Source of the DNA: Tubiluchus corallicola
Lineage: Eukaryota; Animalia; Priapulida
Assembly: GCA_030141605.1 (NCBI GenBank)
Contig: JAQGDQ010000102.1
Span: 383,660-447,659, forward strand
Reading direction: 5' to 3'
Length of the DNA stretch: 64,000 nucleotides
The position numbers and the translations under genes were made by a program. Below are positions 52,001 to 64,000 of the stretch, one piece after another. Every line of letters begins with the position of its first letter. Within the stretch, counting starts at the first letter, position 1. A model generated the notes under the pieces. That model did not search any database. It saw nothing but the letters and a program-made list of their open reading frames with translations, and had not been told where the DNA came from.

Positions 52001-52242
52001 TAGGACTCGTCGCTGAATACTGGATTAATGTGCTCTTTGTTATCCAGAGCTTTTTAGAATTAAATGAACAAAGACATAGCTATTTCCCTACCTCGATGGT
52101 GGTGTGTTCAGAAAAACTGAGACATCTGTTCAGCGCAGTTGTCGCAGGCCATTTCAAGATTGAAAGTATCGGACTCGCACCGTCGCGGTTTACGTCGAAA
52201 CTTATTTCTGCCATTAAGCATATTTGGCACTCCGTATAATGA

Positions 52243-52535
52243 ATGGATATACGTAGACCTCAAAAGAAAGCACACTGCTGCTGGGTGTAGAAGGCTAAAA
52301 CTGTTTGGAGAATGATCCTCATATTAATTTACTGAATTACTTGTACACAGGTCATTTTTGTTTTGGTGGTCAAAAACTAAATCTTAAGTCATATGGATAC
52401 ACTAGCACAAGAGAAAACACACTGCTTCTAGGGGTAGAAAGTTAAAACTGTTTGGAGAATAATCCCTATATTAGTTTACTGAATTACTTGTACACAGGTA
52501 ATTTTTGTTCAGGAGAGCAGTTCAGGAACTAAATC
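52243..52535. repeat. Diverged tandem duplication, ~150-bp period, two copies
   Basis: ATGGATA...CACACTGCT...TAAAACTGTTTGGAGAAT...TTTACTGAATTACTTGTACACAGGT.ATTTTTGTT at ~52243 and ~52393. Confidence 0.85.
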
Positions 52536-52930
52536 ATTAACTCAAGTCTGTTAAGTATTGCAAACACTCTTGTCATGTTCCAGGGTCAAGGTTTTCTTTC
52601 AGTAAATCATTGCATAACTTTTTAAAGAGCAAATGACTGCAAGAAAATTATTTGGAACAATGGTAAACGACAAAATGTATAATAAAGTTCATATTTTATT
52701 TAATAAATATTATAAGAATCTCCTCTGTCTGCAGCAGTGATTAGTAACAAATTATGCTAGAATAATAGCTCAACATTTAAAATTATCTCCAAAACTACAA
52801 AAAGCAGATTGTGAAGCATGGCAAGTGATATACTTGAAAAAGTGGCTAAAATATTTTTATACGACTTATTTGGTGCTGCATTGGACTTCAAAAGAGTGCC
52901 TCTGCTGACAACATTCTTCTTGCTATTTAA

Positions 52931-53453
52931 AGGAAAACTGGAGAATTGATTAGACTCAATCTCAATTTAATTTATTGTCCAAAATATACATTTTCCTGCC
53001 TATAAAAGTTAACAATTTTTTCTTATATTTGAATAATTAGCTTGAAAAGCTATCGCTTTCGTCACAAATTAACCCAATTTGTGCAATGGTAGGCATCTTC
53101 CCTGTGCGTTAAGCACGTTTGAGTAGGAGAAGATTGCTATAAGACGTTGATGTGATATTACGATAATGGGCTGTACATCACAGACAGACACTGCAGTTCA
53201 TGATCATGCTTATCCCATTACTGTGCCTGTTTGTTGACCATGCGAATGTGACAAAAAGGCGCCATTGCCAGTATTGGTGCATTTGTTGAGCGTACACCCC
53301 TGATAGCTTTGCTTTCAAAGTTTAACAAAATTTAGCTGTCCGAGGTAATTATTATTCAATCTAAGTTTAATTTTGAAAAGGCTATATTAGTTTTCAATAT
53401 TTTAGAGCATACTTTATTTTGAACTGATGTCTACACAATCACCCGGTTTTCCT
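52931..53453. mobile_element. TTAA-flanked MITE (Kolobok-like termini)
   Basis: TTAA|AGGAAAACTGG ... CCGGTTTTCCT|TTAA: 10/11 inverted match with TTAA on both sides. Confidence 0.65.
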
Positions 53454-53599
53454 TTAAATATGAAAACGACGTTCTTCGTAATCACATCTGCACTTTTCCC
53501 AAAATCTTACTCAATACATCAACTAAGTTTTATTGCCAGCAAAACTGCTCTCGAACAAAAAATAGCATAACAAACAAAATTCACACAAATCTTTCCGAC

Positions 53600-54301
53600 C
53601 ATATGTCCGGTCCGACTTTACTTGCCTAGGGCGCCAAATCTGGGAGGGGGGGGCAAACTCTGAAAGTAATTCTTTAATTTTTAAGTTTAGTTTCATCTAA
53701 GTAACAACAAAGTGACGTAATTGCTTAAGTGCACAACACTAATTTAATGAAACGAACTGGCGGAACTGCTTGCGTCATGTTCCTGACAAAATATATGATT
53801 CATCGATGCCAACACGGAACTGTCTTCTCTCTGCAAAACACTTACTTTACCTGGCTTCCTAATATTACGTCATTGTATGCAGACATTGCTGAAGCAATCG
53901 TTTAATAAAAAAACTTTCTTGTGTTATCACTTATCTAATTATGGCAGATAAACCTATAAGAATAGAAGCCTATAGGAGCAGAATACAGGAAATGAAATGT
54001 AAAAAAGGTGACAAACATACTTGAAGAGTATGCAGCAGACATTGCAGAGAATTTTTATTGTCCCGAAGACTCAGGACGTACAATGGTGTCATAAATTCAA
54101 TAATTACAAGCTGTAGATAGGTAATCAACAACACTTAATTAATACACTATAATACATGTAATAGTCAGGTAGCCTTACTTTTTATACTTTATTATATACA
54201 ATGGAAATTTGTGGGTGGGATGCATGGGGAGAGCATTGACCGTTGAGGGGGAGCTAAAAATACTTTTGCCTAGGGCACAAATCTACCTAGAGCCGGCCCT
54301 G
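53600..54301. mobile_element. Degenerate hAT-like MITE
   Basis: Right end GAGCCGGCCCTG; subterminal TTGCCTAGGGC motif near both ends; left end eroded. Confidence 0.5.
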
Positions 54302-54566
54302 CGATTCGTTATCCAATTGCAAGTACAAGACAATTAAAAAGAAAATGCCAAGTATAAGAAAAAGAATAAAATTTTCCTACTTGGTGTTACTCCAAAGAAC
54401 TTTTTGGAGAGGAAATCAATAACATTTTTTCATAAAGAAATCTCCTGTAATAACACATTAAAAGACGAAGCTACAAATTCTACAAAGCATCAGCTCTTGG
54501 AATGAAGCCCCTTATCATGAAATCTACTCAATGACTATTATACAAAACCTATTACCATAAAAAATA

Positions 54567-54774
54567 TCACCAGTTTTTTCTTAGCCAGCTCAGCGTCTTC
54601 AATATCATGTAGCCGAACATTAACGTGAATGCAAACAGTTCTCTCTGCTGCCGTACCTGCTGTCCCTCCTCGAGAACGATCACCCTCCGAGACAGCTTGC
54701 TCACCTGCCGGCGCAGGACGGCGAGTTCCTCCACCGGGGAGAGAGATTCCATGGGTGTGGTTGGCTGATACAGG
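54567..54774 (-). CDS. MFF: Mitochondrial fission factor (Mff/Tango11), last exon: coiled coil and tail anchor
   Basis: LYQPTTPMESLSPVEELAVLRRQVSKLSRRVIVLEE...RQQRELFAFTLMFGYMILKTLSWLRKNW*; LRRQ..KL.RR...LE motif + TM; phase matches exon 3. Confidence 0.92.
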
Positions 54775-54809
54775 CTAGAAAATGGGAAAATATGAGGAAA
54801 CCATTAGCC

Positions 54810-54960
54810 TTTAGGCGTGCAGTGCTCAGTGTTTTACAGTAAAAGCAAAGTATTACAATAAGCACGCTTTACGTGAACCTATAGTCGTGGGTTCAATACT
54901 AACCTTGCACGGTTTCATTTGCCAATTTTTTTCTGGCAGCTTACCTCACAGAGGGCGTAC
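54810..54960 (+). mobile_element. Short tRNA-derived SINE, second family copy
   Basis: GGGTTCAATACT B-box-like, then GTTTCATTTGCCA...TCTGGC...TTACCTCAC shared with 32020-32160. Confidence 0.45.
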
Positions 54961-56700
54961 GTATATACAAATTATAAGGTATCGCAAAAAGTTGTGGCGA
55001 AATTTTGCTCACGATATTATAACAAAATAATGGAATTGGTGGAAAATTACCAGATCAATATTTCAGAAGTTTGGTTATAAACACTAAAAAATTTAAGTCG
55101 TTTTCTTAGATTTTTTCGTTCCTAGATTTCTTAGATTAGTTTATCTTTACAGCAGAGGAAAAGAAAACCTGAATCATCTATAAGGAAACAAAGATTGTTC
55201 GTAAAGGCATATACTGGCATTTATAGCCACTATTCTAAGACTACTAACATCAGTTATATGCATGTTTCTATGCTACCGGTGCAGGAAAATACCACAGCCA
55301 TCATGTGTACCTACAGGTCCAATATTATGCAATGGATTTGACTTGAGAACCAAAATGACTAGGGAGGATGTTCTCAACAGAAATTGGTAGACATTGATCA
55401 AATGTTACATTCAAGGTCAGTTTGTAACTGACACTGACTGTCTTTGTGGGTAATGATATTGTATGAAGTATTCCAGTATTCTACTTTCAACAACAACGAA
55501 GCAGAGATTTGGGTTTCTGCCAGTGGCAGCTTGTGTATAGGTACTGTGGTACTGCAGCACGCCCTGTTTTCACTCATTTTTATTCATAATATTCAATATA
55601 ATAAGTCTTTTCCTTAGTTCTTTTTTATACTTGTGCGGAGCCAGAGGTCAAGAGCACATGATTGAAGTACAATTTGCTTCACAGCCCAAGCTGTTGTGCA
55701 CATGCAGCCATGCGCACAAGTCTGAGATATCATGCTGTATGCTAGCATCTGCTGCTAGGTAGAAAAGTACTGACTCATACACAGTAACAATTGCTTACTG
55801 TGTACCGTCATATTCTTGGATGCGTTAAAGTGTAAACTTAGTGTGTGTGCTTAAAACATAAATTATTAAATAAGGAATGCCTTGCATCCCCAAAAAACAA
55901 GTTCTGTGACTATAAGTGAACTACAACAGCTTAATTTTTCACAGTTGTCTCTCCATGAGAAAGAAGAAAAGAGGCCATTCAACACATTGGTCTTCAAATG
56001 TAACTACAACACTAAAATTACACATTTGTTATGTTTTACACAATATTGAGGCAATGGCTAAAAATTTTCTGGAACAGCACCCCCCTAATTTTTGCCACGA
56101 GCCGCCACTGGTTTCTGCCAGTTGATTTGGTCTTCTGACTCTGTCCTCATCAATTCGAAAGGTGACCTCATCTTCATTTTACAAAAACACAGTCGCCCAT
56201 CCCATCCTGTACTCGATAGCCATCTGATTATGCTCCTATGCCATCTTCAGTAAGCTGGCTTCACCCACTGGCACTGCAAAACTGACAGCTGTGATGTTAA
56301 TTTTGTTGTATGACAACAAGACATGGGCCCTTTCTGCTAATTCTTTCCACTGAGGTCTCCTATGTACCCTACTTTGCACCCGCTAGCTACAGTTTGGCAC
56401 CAACGAAAAATTGTACTGCAGAGTTAGCAACCCAATTCCAGAGACTACCATTATCAAGAGATGAGTCTTAGCCACATGTGGTATGCCTGGATGAGTCTCC
56501 AGACTTCCGCCAAGCAACTGGTTTCACTAACTCACATCACCCTTGGTATTGCATATTACCAACTGAAATTCATTCAAGCTATCCATTTTTTTAGAATTTC
56601 CCAGAAGATCTCTCGCAAGATCGAAAAGATAACGACTCTCCGAAAACAAAGTAAACAAAAAAATAATAAACTACAATTTTAGCTCCATTGTTAGACGAAC

Positions 56701-56893
56701 CTCATATTTTGTATACTATCCGGAACCTTGACAATATCTTTCCTCTCCTCTTGATCCTCGAGACTAGGGAACTTGCATTCCTCTAGTTTCAGCACCCGTG
56801 GCGGAGTCCTCAGACCGATATGCTCCAACTGTGGCAACATTTCCAAGTCTAAATCTCTAGGCGTTTCACGCTGTGCTACGTGCTGTTCCTGCC
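56701..56893 (-). CDS. MFF: MFF coding exon 3
   Basis: 193 nt, GQEQHVAQRETPRDLDLEMLPQLEHIGLRTPPRVLKLEECKFPSLED...; TPPRVL.L is a conserved Mff motif; TAG acceptor and GTTCGT donor. Confidence 0.9.
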
Positions 56894-59086
56894 CTAAAGT
56901 AGTTGGATAAAATAATTTCTAATAATTAAAGAAATGATCGACAAGATTTACTAAAAAAAATAAACTTATAACACAGTTTATGTTAAGAAGTTGACATTTC
57001 GTTTTATCTTTGAAACTTGTAAGCCGTATTCGCAGACAGTATGTAATTCACAGACAACAGTAATGACAAAATAATATATTATACCCAGCGGCAAAAAGTC
57101 GTTATATTTGCCTAATCATTTGAAAACTTCAGAGGGATTATATTAATTTAATTTTAATTTAATTTAGATTTTATAATTTGACATCACCTTAACAAATTCT
57201 TTATAAGTACCTATTTAGAAGTGCAATTTTGAATTTCCTACCATTAATATTAACCTGACACTTTGAAAAGTAATTCTGAATTGTATTCCTATAAATATAC
57301 ATTAGAATCCTGCTAATACGATTTTTAAAGGACCAATATATTTTTCATATGAAGCATATTTCGTACTATCCATTGCTAACTTATAATAACTTATTTTACT
57401 CATTTATGAATTAATAACTAATGCAAAATAGCAGTTAACAGATGTGTATAGTCTTAAAGGGGTACCTGAAGGAGGTTTAAAAAATTCACTTTAAAAAATT
57501 ATATTACGTTACAGCAATTTGATGCATATATTGTACCTCGCGTTAAAAAGAATTTTTATTTGATTTCATTTTAAATCTCCCGCAATACTGTTCCGACGGA
57601 GTCATTAGATGACGTCACTTACACACAACGTAAATCAGAGGAAGAAAAGGCAATGTTAAATTATGTCCGAAAAAACTTTCCATGCAAATCCATATTACTT
57701 AGCATTTTGCTTACCTGCTGGAAAGACTTACATAACTAAAAACAATAATTTAAAATGTTCGTGCCAATTGGCAAAATGTCGCTGGCTCACCCTACAGAGT
57801 GCGCCACTTACTAACCAAAAACGTATTTTTATATTTTTAGTCTTATTGACAAAATACAATAATTAAAAATTTTACTTAGTTAGTAAGATGTACGCTATGA
57901 ATGCTCTGATTTTTTTTTCAAACTTCATGCAATGTTATCTAAACTTGTTTCAAACGACCTATCATTATAGTGGCTGCACCTAATGGTCATCGCGCGAGTT
58001 TAATCAAATTTTTATCAGAATGGGAAACCTAGCGCTTTTTTGGAAATCAAGAATTTGATTGCACACCCATGGCTTGTAAAAACTATCAGCTTCATGTAGA
58101 TGTGCAATCAAAGCAACCAAAGCACAAACTTTCAATTTTACTTTCTGTTGTTGAGCATGTGAAGCATGTGGCATTGTTAACATGTCTGTGTCACAAGGTC
58201 ATTTTGTTTACTAGCTGAGTAAAAACAATGAGTCACTCAGCGGTTTGTCACCTAGTTGTTTTACATACGTACACAAGACATTATTCTAAAAAATATAGCG
58301 ATTATAAAACATTTTTCCTTAAAAACGAAAGTTTCTAACCATACGCTACAGCGATTTTCACAATTTCTTTGCAAAAGTAAATGATTTTTCCTCTGTAAAC
58401 TCTGTAAAAACATACATACTTCGCGACAGACAACTGTTCACATTCACTAAAATGCCCAAATCATGAAGATACGTACTTAATTATATTTAATTGTGGTTAT
58501 GTGTGCCAAATGCGCGCGAAAAAAACTAATAACATCCCCATTTCATTGAGAATTCATGATTTTATAGGAATTATAGGACATAATCCCAAAATATAGGAAT
58601 TATAGGACGAGTACGAGCCCGCAGCACTGCTGTGATGCTTCATCAAGTGAAGAATCCTACTGCACAAACTTTTTACACAAGGGATAAACAGAAATTTTGT
58701 ACAAATAAAACTGACTGATTTTTTTTTTAATCTCACTGACCCTACTGAACATATATCACATAAATGTACAACAACACACAATTTAATATGAAAAATTGAT
58801 TGATTCATTTTTAGTTTACTTAAGTTGCATAATTTTCATTGCATTTGAATATACTGCAAAGTATTTGATAGCGTATTCTAAGTACTTTACATCTTCTATG
58901 AAGCCATACATTGTACTTTGTTTATACACTTTCATTGTTAATACTTGCTTGTCTTTCTAGCAGTCATATGCACATGGTTAGCCGCATGTGTCTATAGAGT
59001 ATCGTACTTTTTTCTGGACACCACCTAGCAGGTTCGTTATAATAATGTAATGCTGTAACTTATGTTGTTTGACATTAGCAGCTTAC

Positions 59087-59204
59087 CAGCAACAATAATT
59101 CTATCAGGGACTCTCATTTTAGATGCTTTCACGGTCTCGTCGTGATACAAATCTTGACTTTTTGCATCATTTTCCAATCCGCCTAGGCTAATTCGGTGTG
59201 GAAC
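59087..59204 (-). CDS. MFF: MFF coding exon 2
   Basis: 118 nt, VPHRISLGG...KMRVPDRIIVA(G); carries the M.VP.R(I) Drp1-recruiting repeats; CAG acceptor and GTAAGC donor. Confidence 0.92.
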
Positions 59205-60541
59205 CTGACAAGCAAAGCAGAATATGAGACATTTAAATCTAGAATACAATAGATGCAGTGAAAGTGCAAGCTCTCTTCTGTCTGGAACGGGTCCAAATTG
59301 CCACACCTGTGACTTTAATACAGTGCAAGAAGGCGATAATTTTACACATCCAATAGTGTGGCTCCATCTGTTCAATAACTCAAAATGGGAGATAAAAAAT
59401 CTTTTGTTGCCACGGTCATGGGCAAAATTGGTCACAAATGAATGATTCTGATACACACAAACAATTTTTGTCAATTAAACTGCAATTGGGCAGGTAGGAC
59501 TGATAGAGACTAAAACTATCTAAAATGGATCTATTTTTCTGATAGTTGTTGCCTTTTAAAGAGCAAAAAGACAATTAAATCGACACGCTTTACTACATAA
59601 ATTATAATGCTAATATTAGTTCCTAAAATTCATAAGAGAACACTAAGAAAATCTATTAAAGGAACAACATTGAATAAGTCAGAAGATAATCCTTTTCACT
59701 TGATGCAAACGTACAGAGAACATGTACAGAGAAACTCAGTCACTGTTCCAGGGACTTACCAGATTTGCCGTTGCTTAACTCCTTCAGGATCACACCATTC
59801 AAAATAGGTCTTATAAGACCTATGACTTTTCTGCTACTGTATAAACACAGACATAACTAAGTGATTACAAACTAGGCACTGTTCTATTCAGAGAATATCG
59901 GCTATCCAATCATGCTATTTGTTTAGACATTAATAAGTGATTTTATTGGATGAAATTAAGAAAAACACGCCCTCTTCAGGTACTCCAACTTAGCCTATTG
60001 AGTAGCTTTGTTTAGTGTACACTTCTGTGATCGCGCACACTAATTTATTGATCGCCTGCTTGCTACAGCCCAAGCTGTGCATTGTTCTGCTGCTATTCCA
60101 GGAAAAGCCAACCAATCAGCCAAATACAATATAAGGTCGTCATCTTTTGACAAGAATTTCTCCTTGAAAATAGAGTAGATGTAAGGCTAAAGTGTATCAG
60201 ACTGTTGTGTCCGAGTAGTTGAAACTTTGTGGTTTAGCCAATTCCACACAAGTGATACTGTACATCGTTACAGTGCAAACATGCAGTTACTGAATGCTAT
60301 TTTCAACTTTTTTGTCAAAAATTGATTTTTAATTTGTCTAAAGTAAGCAAATGGATTTTACACATAATTTTGCACGAAAGCCCATCGTGAGAGGTGTAGA
60401 AGCCTATAAAAATTATCAAATATAATATAATCATTGCCAAATGAGAACAGTTTTTCATGAACCTATGCAAAATGCAAAAAACTCTTACGTTGCCGAAGGA
60501 GCTAACTATGAAAAATGTCTGAAGTAAAAAATGTTTTTCAC

Positions 60542-60661
60542 CTGCATCCTGTTGCTAACCTCTGCAGTGAAATCTGCATTGTACGAGTTCTTATGCATTT
60601 CTCGTCCGAGTTCCTCCAGGTCATCGACTAGCTGCCGAGTCGGTGTGTTGTGGTGTGACAT
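60542..60661 (-). CDS. MFF: MFF coding exon 1
   Basis: MSHHNTPTRQLVDDLEELGREMHKNSYNADFTAEVSNRMQ, similar to Mff Y...(F/Y)T..IS.RM; acceptor at 60701-60702; total 212 aa. Confidence 0.88.
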
Positions 60662-61723
60662 GACTCACATTGCTCAGTGGCAATTATATAAACTTTGTTA
60701 CTAAAAAAGCACGATAAGTAGGCCTAATCATGTTGAATAAGTTTTCGTTTTGGTGCCTGAATGTGCTCCATTTTATTATTTTTTATTTTATTACAACAAC
60801 ACCAAACAACAATACAATACACAATAAAACGTGATGTGATGACATGACATACATAGGATTTTGCAATTACAGAAGGGCCTAATATTTTAATTTAAAAAAA
60901 TGGACATGACATGACATCTATATAAATTGTTGCTTTTATTATCTGCAGCATTACTTGCAACTATAATGCGGTAAATGGTGCAGGTGTTAGAGTGCAAAAA
61001 AGGGAAGGTAAAAAATAATGGAATGATAATGGAGAGTGCAGGAGATGGGAATTAGTAGAGTGAGGTTAGTTAGTGAAACGATGTGAATGAGAATGAATAT
61101 GAGATTGAGTTATGAATATATGATAGAGAATTTTAGATAAGTGAATCATTATTGTTAATACAACAGTTTCATTGTATCACTGAATTAATGTAATGACAGA
61201 TTTAGGAGTATTGCAGAAACACATAAAAGTAATAAACAAGGAATTACCCTTGCTAAATCATGACAGCTAAAAGTAATCAGTAATGCGTAATTTAATTACA
61301 TTTTTTTCAAAGTAATTAGCAATCATGACAGTTTACTTTTCAAAAGTAGCAAATCCAACACCGACTATGACAACTATGATATTAATGCCTGGTACACCGT
61401 GATATGTTTGCACCAGGTAAGCTTTTCATCAAATTTTCAATTTAATACAAAAATAAATTAATATGAAAGTTCAATCGCATGAGCTGTACATAATTCCCTT
61501 CCATTAATAATTAATTAGAAATAATAAGAAACAACGTCAAATTCTCATTTATTTACCCCTTGATATAGTATTTTTCCAACACGCTTTGGCTATTCAATCT
61601 GAAATTACTATCTACCTTCGGTCAGTCCCAATAGTTAAAAGAAAAAGAATACATCATTAACTTTACATTTGCGATTGACTTAAAGCACAAGTTTTTTGCC
61701 AAAAACAAAAAAATAAAAACTCA

Positions 61724-61870
61724 CTAAAAACTTGAATATTTACTAAAACTTTCTCAGCAATATGAAAGACCTTCGCGATGTATCAATGTCCGTGAATTGA
61801 TGAGTATCCATTTCTCAGTGATCAATCGTTTTCAAGTCGGAACCACGTAGTGAAGCCAGGGACAGGTATA
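61724..61870 (-). promoter_or_regulatory. Probable non-coding first exon / promoter of MFF
   Basis: Minus-strand donor GTGAGT at ~61723-61718; CpG-enriched patch with CGGAAC and CACGTA motifs upstream. Confidence 0.4.
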
Positions 61871-63591
61871 GACATATTCCTTGGACTACTTATTTTAGTA
61901 ATTACAGGTATTTTCGCATAATCAATGTCCACTTTACTATCTCAATACAGACTTCGTAACCTGCATACCCCACTAATGCGTTGTAGCTGCCGTGCACACT
62001 CTGTTTAGTTAGACTAGCAGAAATGAATATCACCTTGCAAAGCACAAGTAATGTAATCATGTGATATATGAACACTTTGCTTGTTTTTCTGCCCTTCATC
62101 TCATAAAAGTTGCCTACGTAACTGTGAATGAGATAATTCTAAAATTATAAATGTAATATTTTAAATTCAATATTGTCATAACTGTTAAAGCCCTCGCTGC
62201 CACATTACGCTAATCAAATAGAGCTTAAAGATATTAGTCTACAAAGCTATTGAAGTTGCTTAATGCTACAAAAGTTTTCGAGTAAAAATTGTTATTGTGA
62301 GGTAGTGATAAAGATTCAAGAAATTTGTTGATACATGGAGTAGAATGTTTCAAATTGCAACTGTAAAATATATGCAGCTGAAATCTTTCTCACAAATAAA
62401 TTTATTGTATTTTTAATATTTTTGGATGTTTACGCAAACAATTTTCACTTGTCGTCAGTCTAACAAAATTGAAGTTGATGTTGTACTCACCTACTTATCT
62501 GCCTATCAATTATACATATCACATATTAAACTAGGTCTCATAAAATTAAAAATTTGCAGAAAAGTTCATGTTGCAATCTGTCACTTACAATGGCATAGAA
62601 GTAGCTATTAAGAGACCTACATTATTTGTAAAATTATTTAAAATAAAAGAAGATTTATTAAATTCTATACAACTGCAAAGTTGTAATACTATATAGGCAG
62701 AAACACTGTTATTCACTTCAGCCATACTGTGTAGCTATATGTGTTATGCATAATATGTCATATCATAAACTTAGTTTAAAGAACAAATAAAAGGAAGATT
62801 GTTTTATCTATTTCCTGAATTTCTATTAACATTGTAGCAGCATGAATTAAAAAAAATGCCACCAAATGATCACAAATTCCTACCTAGCAGATTACTATGC
62901 AGGCAAGATCATTATAGTTCTGGAAAATGTGCAACAGTGCACAGGGTCAGGTTATACCAATCAGCCAGTTGACTATTAACCACAGCTACAACGTCCAAAA
63001 TGATGTGACAACAAGAATAACAAATAACAACTTATTGGCAGGGTGGTGAATCTAACCTAGTATCAATGATCGAAAATTTGAGAACCTTAAACATATAAGA
63101 AATAAAAAACCAACAATGAGACATGCTCATGTCTTCAAACTGTAAACAAAAAATAGGTGCAAGTTGACACTTAATCTTGTACAAAAGCACGTTGTCAAGT
63201 TCTTTCCAAACAAAGCCTCAAGAGAAATAAAAAAAATCCTTAAAATCCCGGGTTAAAAAATTACACTAATTACCATAGTCTGACAGCACCGGTTACACTA
63301 ATCATACTACATTTATCAAGCCAACAGTTGCAGTATAATTGCAAATACATACCAACAAATTTGAGTGTTCTTTAACAATATCAGACGCATTACTAAACAT
63401 TATAAACCATCTTTAAGTAGTAAGCGGTGTTTTGCTCGTAACACTTGGAATTATACTACATTTACTCCCAAATTACTTTATTACTGCAACTTTTCCACAA
63501 CATCAGGTATTATCAGTGGTACATTAATATTAACGTAATATCGATAACAATATTTTTTTCTTTACAAACTAGGTATACAAAGCATGTCCTA

Positions 63592-63744
63592 TTAGTCGTC
63601 GTCTGGTTTCTCTGATAAATGCTTCAGTTCATTTAGCTTGTCTTTGTGTCTGTGAATTTGTTTCTCGTGTTCCCTGATCTGTTGCTTAAGAAACTCGATT
63701 TCGTGTTGGTGCATGTCCTTAAGTTCCTTCATCTGTTTGCTTTG
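63592..63744 (-). CDS. ATP5IF1: Mitochondrial ATPase inhibitory factor 1, last exon (missing from the ORF track)
   Basis: CAG acceptor, then QSKQMKELKDMHQHEIEFLKQQIREHEKQIHRHKDKLNELKHLSEKPDDD*; His-rich coiled coil resembling the IF1 C-terminus (EQL..LK..H..EI.....EI......I.RHK.K...LK). Upstream exons are outside the window. Confidence 0.82.
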   Translation of the reverse strand, partial: QSKQMKELKDMHQHEIEFLKQQIREHEKQIHRHKDKLNELKHLSEKPDDD

Positions 63745-64000
63745 CTGTAACAAAAAGAATGAATCTTATGGCACAGTTAAATGTTGTGACACTTATTATT
63801 ATTAAAACAAAACTACAAATTTCATGCAGCAGACGTAAAAAACAAACACTTGCGTAGTAAAAATCTTTGTAGTCAACCAATTAAAATCTTTGCGTCTGCA
63901 TATTTATTTCGCTCCATTTTTATTCCAGCAGCTTTAACAGTACATTGCAACCACTGGCTGAATTTCTGCTTCTGTTGTGGAGTTTCTACTGTTATACGTG

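Overview
AT-rich, intron-rich eukaryotic (invertebrate metazoan-like) genomic DNA; no prokaryotic features and no CRISPR array. By manual splice-site tracing with reading-frame checks I find six conserved protein-coding genes: the last four exons of an A1CF/RBM46/RBM47-family RNA-binding protein (+, 2434-7478); a complete 5-exon p24-gamma/TMED gene (+, 15551-24819, ~237 aa) whose last intron probably uses a GC donor; GOSR2/membrin with an intronless CDS (+, 26942-27583, 213 aa); a 5-exon 14-3-3 zeta-type gene (+, 39122-49063, 251 aa); a 4-coding-exon MFF/Tango11 gene (-, 60661-54567, 212 aa); and the last exon of ATP5IF1 (-, 63744-63592). Introns and spacers are full of small non-autonomous elements: hAT-type MITEs with 8-bp TSDs, a Tc1/mariner-type MITE, a TTAA/Kolobok-type MITE, tRNA-derived SINEs (one V-SINE-like with a TSD), LINE 3' remnants and minisatellites. 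The best novelty candidates are an orphan signal-peptide ORF with a duplicated N-terminal uORF (32840-33215, -), the intronless GOSR2 with a repeat-derived promoter region, the GC-AG intron, a start-stop uORF in MFF and a strong hairpin in the probable A1CF 3' UTR. I do not see a clearly new multi-gene system. Family assignments come from recalled motifs, not database searches.
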